Below are positions 23,401 to 34,057 of a DNA stretch of 64,000 bases, one piece after another. Under the pieces are notes generated by a model. The model was not told the origin of the DNA, ran no database searches, and saw nothing but the letters and a program-made list of their open reading frames with translations. The DNA lies in assembly GCA_964019425.1 (NCBI GenBank), contig OZ025790.1, positions 186,001 through 250,000 on the forward strand, in the 5' to 3' direction. Numbering within the stretch: the stretch's first letter is position 1; every line of letters starts with the position of its first letter. The position numbers were made by a program, and so were the translations under genes. This stretch comes from Flectonema sp. DT1601 (lineage: Eukaryota).

Positions 23401-26400
23401 ACAGACCCAATCACTTGTTGAATACTGACTTGTGTTGTAGTCACGACAGACTTGTGTTGACCCACAAGTAGTTCTCGCACATGTCGAACAGTCAGTTGTG
23501 CATTCATTTAGGTTACATGTTGCTGTTCGCATTAGTGCTGGAAATCCAACATTTGGAGGAAGACATTCACACTTCCAGTTTCCATAAACTAAAAGGTTGT
23601 CATCAACACACGTCTGACCAGCTGCTGAACAAGTTGATCCTGCACAGGAACTACAAGTTTCGGTACATTCATTGATAAGACACGTTGCAGGACCGCCAAG
23701 TGTTTCTCCCGAGAGAGGTGGGGGACATTTACATTTCCAATCACTTGGGCTGTCAGGACTCATGTTTGGATCTTCACAGAGCTGTCCAGAAGTAATACAA
23801 ATACCACCATTTGTTATACACTCATTTAATACACATGCTGCTGATCCTCCTGTTGTAGGTGTTCCAGTTAGTGGTGTTCGACATAAGCATTGCCAGGTAC
23901 CAATAACAGTTCTATCTGGATCAACACAATCTTGTCCAAAAGCAGTACAAAAACCACTGTTAACAATACATTCATCCAGCGTACAATTCGCAGGCTCTGC
24001 TATTGCGGTACCGACATAAGGATGAACACATCTACACTGCCAATCATTAAGTGAGGTTGTGATATTAACTAAGTCTCTACAACCCTGTCCTGCTGTAGTG
24101 CATATATTAGATTTATATAAACATTCATCATACGGACAAGGGGCAGGAGCTCCATAAGCACTCGCTGATCCATCAGAACAGGTACATTGCCAGTCATTAA
24201 GGTTTAGTGGGTCTTTGTTTGGATCATTACAAGTCTGTCCAAAGTCAGTACAAACAGTTCTATTCATGATACACTCATCTAGTATACAGCTTGCTACTGA
24301 TGTGAGGGATTCACCAACTGATGGAGTTGGACATTTACACATCCAGTTGTTTGATGCAAAAGGATCAGGGTCTATACACTCTTGACCTGCAGCAAAGCAT
24401 ATCGCACCTTTTCCTTGACATTCTTCAAGGCCGCATATCGCTGCTTTTCCAGTAGCTGTTCCCACAGCTGGTGCGACGCAGCTGCATTGCCAATCACCAA
24501 GACTTAGGGGGCTTGGGTCGGCATCGATACATGTCTGTCCTGCTGCAGTGCAGATCGTATTTAAATTGCATTCGTCTTGCCTACATGTTGCAGGTCTTCC
24601 TTGTTCTGGTGTTCCAACTTGTGGTGCAACGCACTTACAAACCCAGTCTCCTACTGCATTGGAAGGGTCTTCACAAGTCTGTCCAAACCTGGTACACTGA
24701 TCACTGTAAGGGGCACATTCTCCTGTAAAAGTACATGTTGCTGTTGCTGCTACTGCGAAACCAACAGCAGGTGGATAGCACACGCATTGCCAATCATTTA
24801 GTGATGATGGTGATGTATTAGTGTCGGTACAAGATTGACCAACTGATGCACAAAATGGAAGATGTTCTTGACACTCATCTCTAATACATGTGGCAGGACC
24901 ACCTACAGAAGTACCTGACAACGGAGACACACAAGAACATGACCAGTCGTTAGTTGCTGTTGGGTCCATTGATCGTTCTCTACAGACTTGACCAGAAGAA
25001 GTACAAATATTACCAGATCCTTTATTAGCACATGTTGGACATGCAGCACTGCATTCATCAAGTTCGCAATAAGTTGGGTTTGCGATTGCTATATTTCCAT
25101 TTAGGGGAGTGACGCATTCACACTGCCAATCACCAACATCGTTTGATGGATCGTTACAAGTTTGTCCAGCAGATGTACAAGTACTGCTGTAAGGAACACA
25201 TTCACCAACGAATTGACATATTGCTACTTTGCCAGTAGCAATACCTGAGGCTGGAGCAACACATTCACAAACCCAATCATTTGATGCCTGTGGTTCAGTG
25301 TTTACATCTCTGCAAGTTTGTCCAGCAGCAGCGCAGACCGATCCGAAAGTTGCGCATTCATCTAAGACACAACCCGCCACCATTGCTGTAGCAGATACAT
25401 TCGATAATGGTGGAGCACATACACATATCCAATCACCAGTACTGGTTGGTGAGTTATTAGGATCACTACAACCTTGTGATGCTCCAGCACAAATATTACC
25501 TCCCCCAGTATCAGCACAGGTTGGACATATTGACAAACACTCATCCAGGGTACAGGTCGCTGGTGATAAATTTGAAGGAGTTCCTTGTTGAGGAGGTGGA
25601 CATTTGCATTGCCAATTGCCAGGTGTCGACGGATCCAGATCTTCACAGAACTGACCTGCAGCTGTACAAATAATTGATTGACTGGTACACTCACCAGTGT
25701 AATTACAACTAGCTGTTGTTCCAATTGATGTTCCAACTGCAGGAGGAACACAATTACATGTCCAATCATGAAGACTAGATGTTGAAGTGTCGGGATCATC
25801 ACAAGTCTGACCAGAGCCAGTACAGACAGTGCCTTGTAGTTTACATTCATCTCTAATACAGGAAGCTATAGCACCACGAGCAGATCCTGTAGTAGGTGAT
25901 GTACATCTGCACTCCCAATCTGATAAGGAATCCTGAGCTGTATTTAAATCAACACATTCTTGATTCTGATCAGTGCAGGTAGTCATCGCACATGTTGCAC
26001 AAGTAGCAGTACACTCATCAATAATACACTGTGCGACTCCCATTGTTGAAGAGCTACCAACTGCTGGATCAACACAAGCACATTGCCAATCACCAGGTGT
26101 TGGGAACGGATCTTCACAAGTCTGACCGCTGGTAGTACAAAGAGCGCTGCTATTCCTACACTCTCCTGCAAAGATACATGTTGCTGTCATTCCTATTGCT
26201 GTTCCTTGTGCTGGAAATGGACACCTACATGACCAGTCGCCCAGACTACTTGGACTTTGATTTACGTCACTACATTGCTGTCCAGCCTCACTGCATATTT
26301 TTGATACATTCGCTAGCATACATTCATTATTAATACAGTTAGCTACTGAGGCTATTGATTTACCAGTTGTTCCTGAAGTACAGCGACATTCCCAATCATT

Positions 26401-29400
26401 TAACAGAGAAGGTGATACGTTTGGATCAACACATATCTGACCAGCATTAGTACAAACAGTTCCATACATAGAACACTCGTCAAGGATGCAGGTAGCTGCT
26501 TTCATTAATGTGGGTGATCCAGTTCGAGGTTGGACACAAACACATTCCCAATCTCCAAATGATGAAGAGCTGTCAATACATGTTTGACCAGCAGTAGTAC
26601 AAGTTGTAGAATAGGCAGCACACTCTCCATCAAATACACAACTAGCTGTTGATGTTATCGATGAACCATTAGCTGGTGGAACACATTCACAAATCCAATC
26701 ACTTTGAGAAGAAGTTGACGTATCCGGATCTCTACATGTCTGTCCTGCAGCACTACAAGTTGCTTCATGAATTGTACATTCATCCAATAAACATGTTGCA
26801 CCACCTCCTAACTGAGAACCAACACTTGGTTCATTGCACACACACATCCAATCACCAGTACTGAGAGGGTTAGTGTTTGTGTCTCTACAGGATTGACCTG
26901 TTGGGCATTTTATACCAAACTGACATTCATCTAAACTACAGTCAGCTGCTGTAGCAGTGGATGGTGTTCCTACTGCTGGGAGTACACAAGAACACATCCA
27001 GTCACCTGTTCCTTGTCGAGGATCAGAACAAGACTGTCCTTGAGAAGTACAAACAGAACTATATGGAATACATTCACCTTGATGAGCACAAGTTGCGGGG
27101 CTTGCAACTGCTATACCTGTTGAAGGAGCAACACATGAACATGTCCAGTCACCAACGCTGAGTGGATTGGTATTCGGATCGGTGCACAGCTGACCTACTT
27201 TACTACAAGTCGGTCCATTTTCAATGCATTCGTCAATTGAACATGTTGCTTCACTAGCAACAGACATACCTACTGATGGTGCTGGGCATTCACACACCCA
27301 GTCACCTAGACTACTAGGAGATGTGTTCTTGTCTGTACATGTTTGTGAAGCTCCTTGACAAACATCAAACATCAAACACTCATCAAGAATACACCCAGCT
27401 GGTTCATTAATACCAGGTGATCCTGTTTGTGGACTCACACAATGACATTGCCAGTCAAATGGTGTAGAGCTTGGATCTACACATGTCTGACCTTTACTGG
27501 TACAAACTGATGAGTAAGGAGCGCACTCACCATCATAAACACAAGTTGCAGTTCTACCAACAGCTGAACCAGTTGATGGTGGTACACAGTTACATGACCA
27601 GTCTCCAGTACTTAAAGTTGATGTGTCCTGATCTCTGCAAGTTTGTCCAGCACTGGAACATGCTTGAAGATTAGTAGTACATTCATCAAAAGTACATGCA
27701 GCAACTCCACCAAGTTGTTCACCTGTTGACGGTTCTGAACACATACATGACCAGTTATCAATACTGTTTGGGTCAGTGTCGGCATCTTTACACAATTGAC
27801 CGTTATTTGAACAAACTTGAGCTGCAGTTGATGCGCACTCATCGAAGATACAAGTAGCAGGTCCACCTACAGCTGATGCTCCTACTTGAGGATATAAACA
27901 CTCACAAATCCAATCACCCATTGCAGAAGTTGGATCTCTACAAGTCTGACCAACAGCAGTACACAAGTTACTGTATGGTCTGCATTCGCCTGGAAAGTCA
28001 CATGTCGCAGCTTGCATTGTGGCTTGACCTACAGAGTTGACACACGTACACATCCAATTATTAGTTACGGTACTATTCTTATCTGGATCAATACAAGTCT
28101 GACCAGCAGCAGAACATATTCTTGTATTATCAATACACTCGTCTAGTATACAATTCGCTGGAACACCAACAGCGGATCCAGTTAAGGGTGCCTGACATTG
28201 ACAAGACCAATCATTTCGACTGTTAGGAGCAGGGTTCCTATCTACACATGATTGACTTGCTGCTGCACACACAGGTGCATTGTCAATACATTCATCTATT
28301 GAACATGTAGCAGGACCTGCTTGACCTGCAACACCAGTCATAGGAGCTACACATAGACATTGCCAATCACCCGGTCTTGTTATATTCGGATCGAAGCAAG
28401 TTTGTCCACCGGAGGTACATGATGATGCAAACTGTTGGCATTCACCTTCGTAATCACATGTTGCAGGTCTTGCAGTAGCACTTCCATTAGCAGCAACACA
28501 ATCACAAACCCAATCATTGAGTGATGTTGGTAAAGTATTTGGATCAGTACAAGTCTGACCAACTGCTGTACAAGTTGCTTCATATCGGATGCATTCATCA
28601 AAAACACAATTAGCTTGAGAAGCAGTTGCAGGGGTTCCCACAGCTGGGTCAATACAGCTACACGTCCAATCTCCTCTAACCGTAATATTCGGATCAATAC
28701 AAAGCTGATTAAACTGACCACAGAAAGCTGTTCCATTAGGACAACCAGACAAACAACTTGTAGCACATTCATCAAAATCAACAACACATCGAATTCCACT
28801 GAGATCCGTGAATTGTTCATTCAGATCACAGGAAAGTGTAAAAGCCGATCCAGCCAACTTAACACCACCAGTATCACATGAAGGACTACATGTTTGACCA
28901 CTTGTTTGTGTTATACAAGTACTGTAATCTACTCCAGGAATTGGTGTTATCACCCCCATAGTACAAGGAGAAGGAGTACATACAATATTTGAGGTGTCAT
29001 CAAAACCAACTAACGGATCACAAAGAAGAACAAATGGAGTCGCAGCAGTCATTTCAGTAAAACCAACTAAACATGTTGGAGTACATGTTTGTGATGTGAC
29101 CATTGAATTACAACTACTATAGTCAACTCCATCACCTGCTACAGTTGGTCCTCTAGAACAGGCAGATGGTTGGCAGATAGTCCCACTCAAGTCTTTATAT
29201 ACTCCAGCGGGACACACTAAATTAAACGTGACTCCCGTAGCAATCCTATAACCTGTATTGCACGTTGGAGTACATGATTGACCTGTTGTTTTACCTGTGT
29301 TACATGAAGTGTAGTCTACCTCTGTTGCAGCTGTTTCTGGTCCTGTACACGCTTCAGGTGTACATGCTAAAGCTGATGTGTCATCGTACTTTCCGGTAAG

Positions 29401-30681
29401 ACATTGTAATACAAAACCAGTAGCTGTACCAGTATATCCTGGAATACAAACAGGGGTGCAAGTATCTCCAGTTGTTTGACTGTTACAAGAAGTGTAGTCT
29501 ACGTTTGTTGTTGATGATCTCGGACCTCCTGAACATGTACCTGGAGTGCATTCGATTGATGAAGCATCTGGGAATGTTGATCCAGCACTACAGACAACGT
29601 TAAATGTCACTCCTCGAGTCTTTGCATATCCAGGATTACATAATGGATTACAAGACCCTCCAGTTGATAATGTCAAACAATTACTAAAATCACTGTTCGC
29701 ATCAACAGTTCCAGTTGGTCCATTCGCACAGGTATTCGCAGTACAACTTATACCTGAAGTGTCATCAAAGTAAAACCCTGGATTACCTCCTAAACCTTTA
29801 CATGATAAAGTGATTGCCATCATTGCTGTTCCTGTGTAACCATCTAAACAGACAGGTGTACAGGTTAATCCAGTTGTAAGGACTGTACATGGTGAATAAT
29901 CAACGAATAATCCAGGGCTGATAGCGCCATTTGTGCAGTCATTTGGAAGACAAGCAGTACTGCTGAGATCGTCGTAGTCTCCGTTGGTTTGGCAGATCAA
30001 TTGAAAAGGAGTTCCACTTTGTTTTCTGAATCCATCAAGGCATCCAGGGTCACAAATATCACCAGAGTTTCGTCCATTGCAAGGAGCTGGTGGATTTACT
30101 TTACATCCGTAACTTGGTCGACAGTTATCATAATCAGTATTAGCTGAGGGTGTTGTCGGGTTCAGACATTGATTCTGAAGGGAACAAACTGCATCAGTAC
30201 AAACATTATTTATACAAAGAACTGTTGCTGGATTAGCTACTAAAGACATTCCAAGTGAAGGAGTATGACTACTACAAGTATTATCACAACATATCGCATC
30301 AGAACAAACTCGATTTAGACATCTCGTCGTTGATGCTGTTGGCTTCTGAATCCAATTAGCACTACAAGTGTGTACAGTAGCACAAATTGCTTCACAGCAT
30401 TGAGCGTCTTGACAAGTTCCTCCAGTACACCTCGTTGCTGCATTTCCAGCAAGTAGAGTTAACGCACCTCCACAAGTATGAGAAGAACAAGTGATGTCAC
30501 AACATAATGCATCAGTGCAAGTAATCGGCGCAGTTAACGAACATGCCAGACCACCAGCGTTAACTTTTAACAGAAAGTTCGCAGAACAAGTCCACCCACT
30601 GCATTGTCCAGATACCTGCGACACAAATATCAGTAGGAAGATCACCAGACTCTTCGACTCCAATTTGTGATAAGTCGGCAT
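20476..30681 (-). CDS. Giant Cys-rich repeat type I membrane protein (EGF-like repeats), 3401 aa
   Basis: Single 10.2-kb ORF; signal peptide; dozens of ~45-aa C..GQ.C.DP....GDW.C.C..P..G.....A.C..DEC repeats; TM WWFWFLVVAGVICCLIMIVTAT followed by RKKDKK and a Pro-rich cytoplasmic tail. Confidence 0.9.
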   Translation of the reverse strand: MPTYHKLESKSLVIFLLIFVSQVSGQCSGWTCSANFLLKVNAGGLACSLTAPITCTDALCCDITCSSHTCGGALTLLAGNAATRCTGGTCQDAQCCEAICATVHTCSANWIQKPTASTTRCLNRVCSDAICCDNTCSSHTPSLGMSLVANPATVLCINNVCTDAVCSLQNQCLNPTTPSANTDYDNCRPSYGCKVNPPAPCNGRNSGDICDPGCLDGFRKQSGTPFQLICQTNGDYDDLSSTACLPNDCTNGAISPGLFVDYSPCTVLTTGLTCTPVCLDGYTGTAMMAITLSCKGLGGNPGFYFDDTSGISCTANTCANGPTGTVDANSDFSNCLTLSTGGSCNPLCNPGYAKTRGVTFNVVCSAGSTFPDASSIECTPGTCSGGPRSSTTNVDYTSCNSQTTGDTCTPVCIPGYTGTATGFVLQCLTGKYDDTSALACTPEACTGPETAATEVDYTSCNTGKTTGQSCTPTCNTGYRIATGVTFNLVCPAGVYKDLSGTICQPSACSRGPTVAGDGVDYSSCNSMVTSQTCTPTCLVGFTEMTAATPFVLLCDPLVGFDDTSNIVCTPSPCTMGVITPIPGVDYSTCITQTSGQTCSPSCDTGGVKLAGSAFTLSCDLNEQFTDLSGIRCVVDFDECATSCLSGCPNGTAFCGQFNQLCIDPNITVRGDWTCSCIDPAVGTPATASQANCVFDECIRYEATCTAVGQTCTDPNTLPTSLNDWVCDCVAANGSATARPATCDYEGECQQFASSCTSGGQTCFDPNITRPGDWQCLCVAPMTGVAGQAGPATCSIDECIDNAPVCAAASQSCVDRNPAPNSRNDWSCQCQAPLTGSAVGVPANCILDECIDNTRICSAAGQTCIDPDKNSTVTNNWMCTCVNSVGQATMQAATCDFPGECRPYSNLCTAVGQTCRDPTSAMGDWICECLYPQVGASAVGGPATCIFDECASTAAQVCSNNGQLCKDADTDPNSIDNWSCMCSEPSTGEQLGGVAACTFDECTTNLQACSSAGQTCRDQDTSTLSTGDWSCNCVPPSTGSAVGRTATCVYDGECAPYSSVCTSKGQTCVDPSSTPFDWQCHCVSPQTGSPGINEPAGCILDECLMFDVCQGASQTCTDKNTSPSSLGDWVCECPAPSVGMSVASEATCSIDECIENGPTCSKVGQLCTDPNTNPLSVGDWTCSCVAPSTGIAVASPATCAHQGECIPYSSVCTSQGQSCSDPRQGTGDWMCSCVLPAVGTPSTATAADCSLDECQFGIKCPTGQSCRDTNTNPLSTGDWMCVCNEPSVGSQLGGGATCLLDECTIHEATCSAAGQTCRDPDTSTSSQSDWICECVPPANGSSITSTASCVFDGECAAYSTTCTTAGQTCIDSSSSFGDWECVCVQPRTGSPTLMKAATCILDECSMYGTVCTNAGQICVDPNVSPSLLNDWECRCTSGTTGKSIASVANCINNECMLANVSKICSEAGQQCSDVNQSPSSLGDWSCRCPFPAQGTAIGMTATCIFAGECRNSSALCTTSGQTCEDPFPTPGDWQCACVDPAVGSSSTMGVAQCIIDECTATCATCAMTTCTDQNQECVDLNTAQDSLSDWECRCTSPTTGSARGAIASCIRDECKLQGTVCTGSGQTCDDPDTSTSSLHDWTCNCVPPAVGTSIGTTASCNYTGECTSQSIICTAAGQFCEDLDPSTPGNWQCKCPPPQQGTPSNLSPATCTLDECLSICPTCADTGGGNICAGASQGCSDPNNSPTSTGDWICVCAPPLSNVSATAMVAGCVLDECATFGSVCAAAGQTCRDVNTEPQASNDWVCECVAPASGIATGKVAICQFVGECVPYSSTCTSAGQTCNDPSNDVGDWQCECVTPLNGNIAIANPTYCELDECSAACPTCANKGSGNICTSSGQVCRERSMDPTATNDWSCSCVSPLSGTSVGGPATCIRDECQEHLPFCASVGQSCTDTNTSPSSLNDWQCVCYPPAVGFAVAATATCTFTGECAPYSDQCTRFGQTCEDPSNAVGDWVCKCVAPQVGTPEQGRPATCRQDECNLNTICTAAGQTCIDADPSPLSLGDWQCSCVAPAVGTATGKAAICGLEECQGKGAICFAAGQECIDPDPFASNNWMCKCPTPSVGESLTSVASCILDECIMNRTVCTDFGQTCNDPNKDPLNLNDWQCTCSDGSASAYGAPAPCPYDECLYKSNICTTAGQGCRDLVNITTSLNDWQCRCVHPYVGTAIAEPANCTLDECIVNSGFCTAFGQDCVDPDRTVIGTWQCLCRTPLTGTPTTGGSAACVLNECITNGGICITSGQLCEDPNMSPDSPSDWKCKCPPPLSGETLGGPATCLINECTETCSSCAGSTCSAAGQTCVDDNLLVYGNWKCECLPPNVGFPALMRTATCNLNECTTDCSTCARTTCGSTQVCRDYNTSQYSTSDWVCECTGDLEGSAVATRAICVLNECNANGDVCWSRGQTCTDPSTNPLTLNDWFCTCAPGTTTQVGGPANCTYSGECATSFTTCTSVGQTCIDPNPVLGNWQCACIAPSRGVPKVGAAADCVYDECRETCKGCADNGSGNICELAGQTCKDDNPTIGMRNDWSCSCRAPSRGSLRGAVATCEVDECGTYSDTCFSVGQACNDPSKLSPGDWECVCVSPNFGSAVAGPASCNNTGECAVRAPFCATKKQSCADPNISTNNQGDWECRCISPFSGSAVATHATCILNECEDDSKSQICVDAGQTCNDPNTSTDSVGDWECVCASPSIGKQKAAVAESCVLDECLNNRMTCFYESQNCIDTNTSASSVGDWQCNCLNSDGFRVGGPATCTSPRGECTAFSTTCLAATQTCFDPDLGNNSTGDWECRCVPPSTGNAGTAFPGVCVINECDYVKCGSQQTCNDPNTDSSSIRDYTCTCDGDLRGREIGKPVASCFIGECQPDTCPSPQICEEGSSAMGDFRCVCPAGQTGASTGMGAICVFDECRNVTCGPNQRCTDPNTSPSSTGDWSCCCEAPWAGGCKENGRSTCFENDCVTGNNNRTCTNADQDCEDPSSASNNWRCVCRLPLTGSATRDVAECGMDECFNNNACGNQTCNDANTSLSSTDDWTCTCNEAGKHGSATGKVAFCLSVTQPPQAASPSDDAVTTKWWFWFLVVAGVICCLIMIVTATRKKDKKHNEEEPKSPTADNTPNIDYAPYSRNERLPGGTPFIPPPPPADEPPNQFLGPPASGEAKSYANPDTTIQMTRTDQRMVEVDQAPPAPVFDTARSDALPITDNQTPQFNTLSPNSEAALRGRIDDLERQLLASQLQPPIAASAPLVPLREDSSFIQPPSSSKLKSKNSDVLEELHSLIMSGNHNLDVDHSAAPNDTSGGDVPKWQDFDTPIPPSERSNGNSSPISGVNHAAASYSPSGKNQPPHFSEFDI

Positions 30682-30923
30682 CTTGCCAACATGTCAGTCT
30701 GGTCTGGAAGGGGGAAAAGATAATAATAAATACATGGTCGTACTTACGTAATATACTCTGGTGCGATTACTAGTGCGATTGCAATTGTCATTTTCTTTTT
30801 CCCTTTCGTTCCTGGTGTAAACAAAATTAATAAAAATAATTCTAAAAAAATATTATAAAAAATGTCAATATCACAATGTGCAGTTGGATTAGTAGCTGAC
30901 TAAACCTGTTGCAGTGTTTTAAT

Positions 30924-32480
30924 TTATAAGAAAAGCATATCTCTTTCTACAACTTCAACACCTTTTGAAGTTCGTACAGTGACATATGTGCAATCAACAG
31001 TTCGACCTCGCGAGGTGCCGCCATGCTTCTTTGCGAGTTGGAGGTTGTATTTAGATTTTTCTGTTTGATGAGAACATTTTGTTCCACACGATTCATGTCC
31101 GTGGTTTTGATGAATTGCTGAAACAGTTTTGCTTACATCGATAGTGATTGCTGATGTTCGAACTGCCTTTCCAACAAGCCAGTTATCAAAAGCGACTCCT
31201 CCTACGACGAAGTCTGGTATGGTATCCCACTGAAATAATCCACGAGACATTATAAAATAGTCTTCGGCATCCGCCTGGTACACAGATCCTTGTTTCCCTA
31301 AGTCTTCTAGATTTGTACTCCAATCGTCGTGTTCAGATCCCATGTCCCAATTTTTAGGCATATCAATATTCGTTCTCTGTCCGACAATAAAAACGTGTTT
31401 TTTAGGATGATGTTTTTCCATCCAAACAAACACAGCATGCAATGTTTCTGAGAGGGTGTAGGTGTACATTATATCTCCATTTGTATACATGACAAACTTG
31501 CTACTTGGGCTTGACTGTAGAGCATGAGAGAATAAGCCTCTGTAAGTTGGTTGTTTGTAACGAGTGTGAAGTTCTGGAGAATCATCTGTCTCGAATTTAT
31601 GTGACACAGCAGATTGTAATACCGAGTCATGCTCGCTTATGATGATCCATTGAAGGTGAGGAATTCGTTCCCAACTTTTGTAGACGAAGTCTTGCTTTGA
31701 TATGTCATTTTTATTTGACGAAGATTTCGGAGATGCGCATGCAATAATATTCCCAACATCATTCCAATGTTCATAATTTCTATCTTTTAGTTGAATGCTT
31801 GGGTTACACATGTCATTTAAATGTTCGCAGTTTATTTTAAAAAGTTGGAATTCAATTTCTTTTTTATCAAGTTCATCAATCGAAGCAGTCATCATTCTAA
31901 ACCCTTTATTTGTCGATGTGATCAGTTGACGTGTTTTTGTACATCTTATAATACATGATCCAGCAAGTTCATGTGGGAACTCAATCTGAAAGTGTTCCAT
32001 GCTTTTGTGTTGCGCACGGTCGACTGTTAATTTTCTATCGCTTTCAGCTGTTAAGTACGTTCCGTGACTTGATTGGAATCCATAACCCATGACTGAATGA
32101 GTTTCATATGCCACCAATTTAAATATAGAAAGCCTTGCATCGTCACTCTCACTGTATGGTATTTTAAAAGATTTCTTACTCCGTTTTGATGTTATTTTAA
32201 TAAAGTCACCAGAAGACAGTTCAGAGAGATGTCGAACTGGAATATAATTTTCTTTTTTATCATTTTTTTTTATCTTCTTTGGTAACGACATATTCACACT
32301 AACCATCTCATGAGGAGATGCATCTCTTGGAACACGTTTGGAGTTATGTTCTGATCTCCCTTTTGGTCTAGCTCTTATAGGTGAGTCTCTCACAGCACTC
32401 TTATGAACAGCACCAACGTTTAATGTCACTACTATCACACAAACAGCTATGAGTATCGTGACATATTTCACTAACTTCAT
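30924..32480 (-). CDS. Type II membrane glycosyltransferase-like protein with fascin-like beta-trefoil segment
   Basis: 518 aa; N-terminal signal anchor; GFQSSHGTYLTAE...MEHFQIE (fascin-like); GT-A-like motifs YTNGDI, GQRTN, DYFI, PDFVVGGVAFDNWLV, AIHQNH. Confidence 0.7.
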   Translation of the reverse strand: MKLVKYVTILIAVCVIVVTLNVGAVHKSAVRDSPIRARPKGRSEHNSKRVPRDASPHEMVSVNMSLPKKIKKNDKKENYIPVRHLSELSSGDFIKITSKRSKKSFKIPYSESDDARLSIFKLVAYETHSVMGYGFQSSHGTYLTAESDRKLTVDRAQHKSMEHFQIEFPHELAGSCIIRCTKTRQLITSTNKGFRMMTASIDELDKKEIEFQLFKINCEHLNDMCNPSIQLKDRNYEHWNDVGNIIACASPKSSSNKNDISKQDFVYKSWERIPHLQWIIISEHDSVLQSAVSHKFETDDSPELHTRYKQPTYRGLFSHALQSSPSSKFVMYTNGDIMYTYTLSETLHAVFVWMEKHHPKKHVFIVGQRTNIDMPKNWDMGSEHDDWSTNLEDLGKQGSVYQADAEDYFIMSRGLFQWDTIPDFVVGGVAFDNWLVGKAVRTSAITIDVSKTVSAIHQNHGHESCGTKCSHQTEKSKYNLQLAKKHGGTSRGRTVDCTYVTVRTSKGVEVVERDMLFL

Positions 32481-33000
32481 AGTAGCTACAGGGCAATAAT
32501 CATTTTTTTAGTGCGCTGCTGAGATATGCTTAACTGGGGGGGGGAACTGCTTTTTAATGATTGAAATCTCCATAATAAAAAAAGAATCAACAAAAAGTAT
32601 TATGTTTGCTGTTTGGAAATAAGAAAAAAAAATAAATTTAGATTTTTCACAAAAAACCATCTAACTTTTTGTAGGGTTTCCCTTCGTAATAAATTTGAAG
32701 ATGTGGCTGTAAAAACTCATTGAGATTGGCTGACGAGTAGTCGAAATCTCGTTCGCTCATTGAAGGCAGTTAAAAAAAAGTTTTTTTTTCCATTTTTATA
32801 AATTAAAAAAAAAAAAAAAAAAAATTCAGTCGATGTGTTGCTCTTGCTCGATACAACATTTATCCTTTAGCATTATTCAAATTTTTTTAAAAAAAGAAAT
32901 AAATAAAAAGAAATAACACAAATTTTTAATTTTAAAAATATAGTCGCATGCGCCAATTTTTTTGGCAAAACTCTCCCCAATATGGATTATCATAGGAATT

Positions 33001-33034
<34 letters not shown>

Positions 33035-34057
33035 TATTTCTTAAGGGATTCCAACCCTCCTTTCTTTTTCCTTTTTTTTTTTTTTGGACGAACGAGACAA
33101 GGCAAAAATACCTTTTTTTTTTTTTTTTGTGTCAATGAGAAACAAACCAAATAAATAGAAACAAAAAAAAGGAAGAAATAACTGTGTCTTTTTTTTTTTT
33201 ATATTTTTTGTTACTTTTCTTTCTTTTTTTTTTTTTTTTTCCCACAGAACGATAATCCTTTAGGCTAGATGATCGCACTGTAAATAAAAGAAAATAAATC
33301 GTAACTCTGTGAAATTCATAAAAACTAAGGACAATTACAGGTGCTGTCCACAAAAAAAAAAAAAAAAAAAAAAAAAGAAACGAAAAAAAAGAAAAAAATG
33401 GAAGTATTAATGTTGTGCTTCGATTCGTAATTCTTTTTCTACATGTAGAACAGAGACGAAGCATAAACGCCGAGGATAGGGAAAAAAAAACTACGGTGTC
33501 TCTACATAAGTATAAAAACAAAAATCACCCAACCTTCAAAAAAGACCTCCCTTCATGTATTGTGTAGTTGACCACAAGTCGGCCTTGCAGGACTCGTCCT
33601 ACGGCAGGCCAATGTGATTGCGCTTTCTAGTTGGAGATCAAAATACACCGAAAGTGGTTTTCTTTTTTTTTTTTTTCTTTTTTTTGTGTATTCTCATGGT
33701 CGGTCCCACCACGACTATGACACAATTTTTCAACAGTTTTTTTCGTGACACAAAAAAAAACAAAAAAAACATCAACAAGTGTGTTATCATGTACTATTTT
33801 CTGTACAGTTCTATGCTACAGTAAAGTTCTTTTTTTAATTCAAAGAAAAAAGAAAAAAAACGAGGGGAAAAAAAGAAGAAAAAAATCAGGCACTCCAAGA
33901 AAAGAAGCCAAAAACGCCTCCCCTTCCAGTCGTGTTGTAAGCTACGTAACAAATCGAAACAATAAAGACCGTTGTGACCCAATCGGAACAGACATGGAGG
34001 AGTCTAACGGTAAGATCAGAATAGGCTAGCGGAGAGAATAAAATGTCGGTAGTTTAC

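Noticed and set aside
20732..29773. Plus-strand and alternative-frame ORFs overlapping the long genes
   Set aside because: Antisense/shadow frames of genuine minus-strand CDSs.
33790..33825. Spliced-leader-like fragments (tttctgtac, gctacagt)
   Set aside because: Fragments are out of order and do not form a contiguous 39-nt SL exon.
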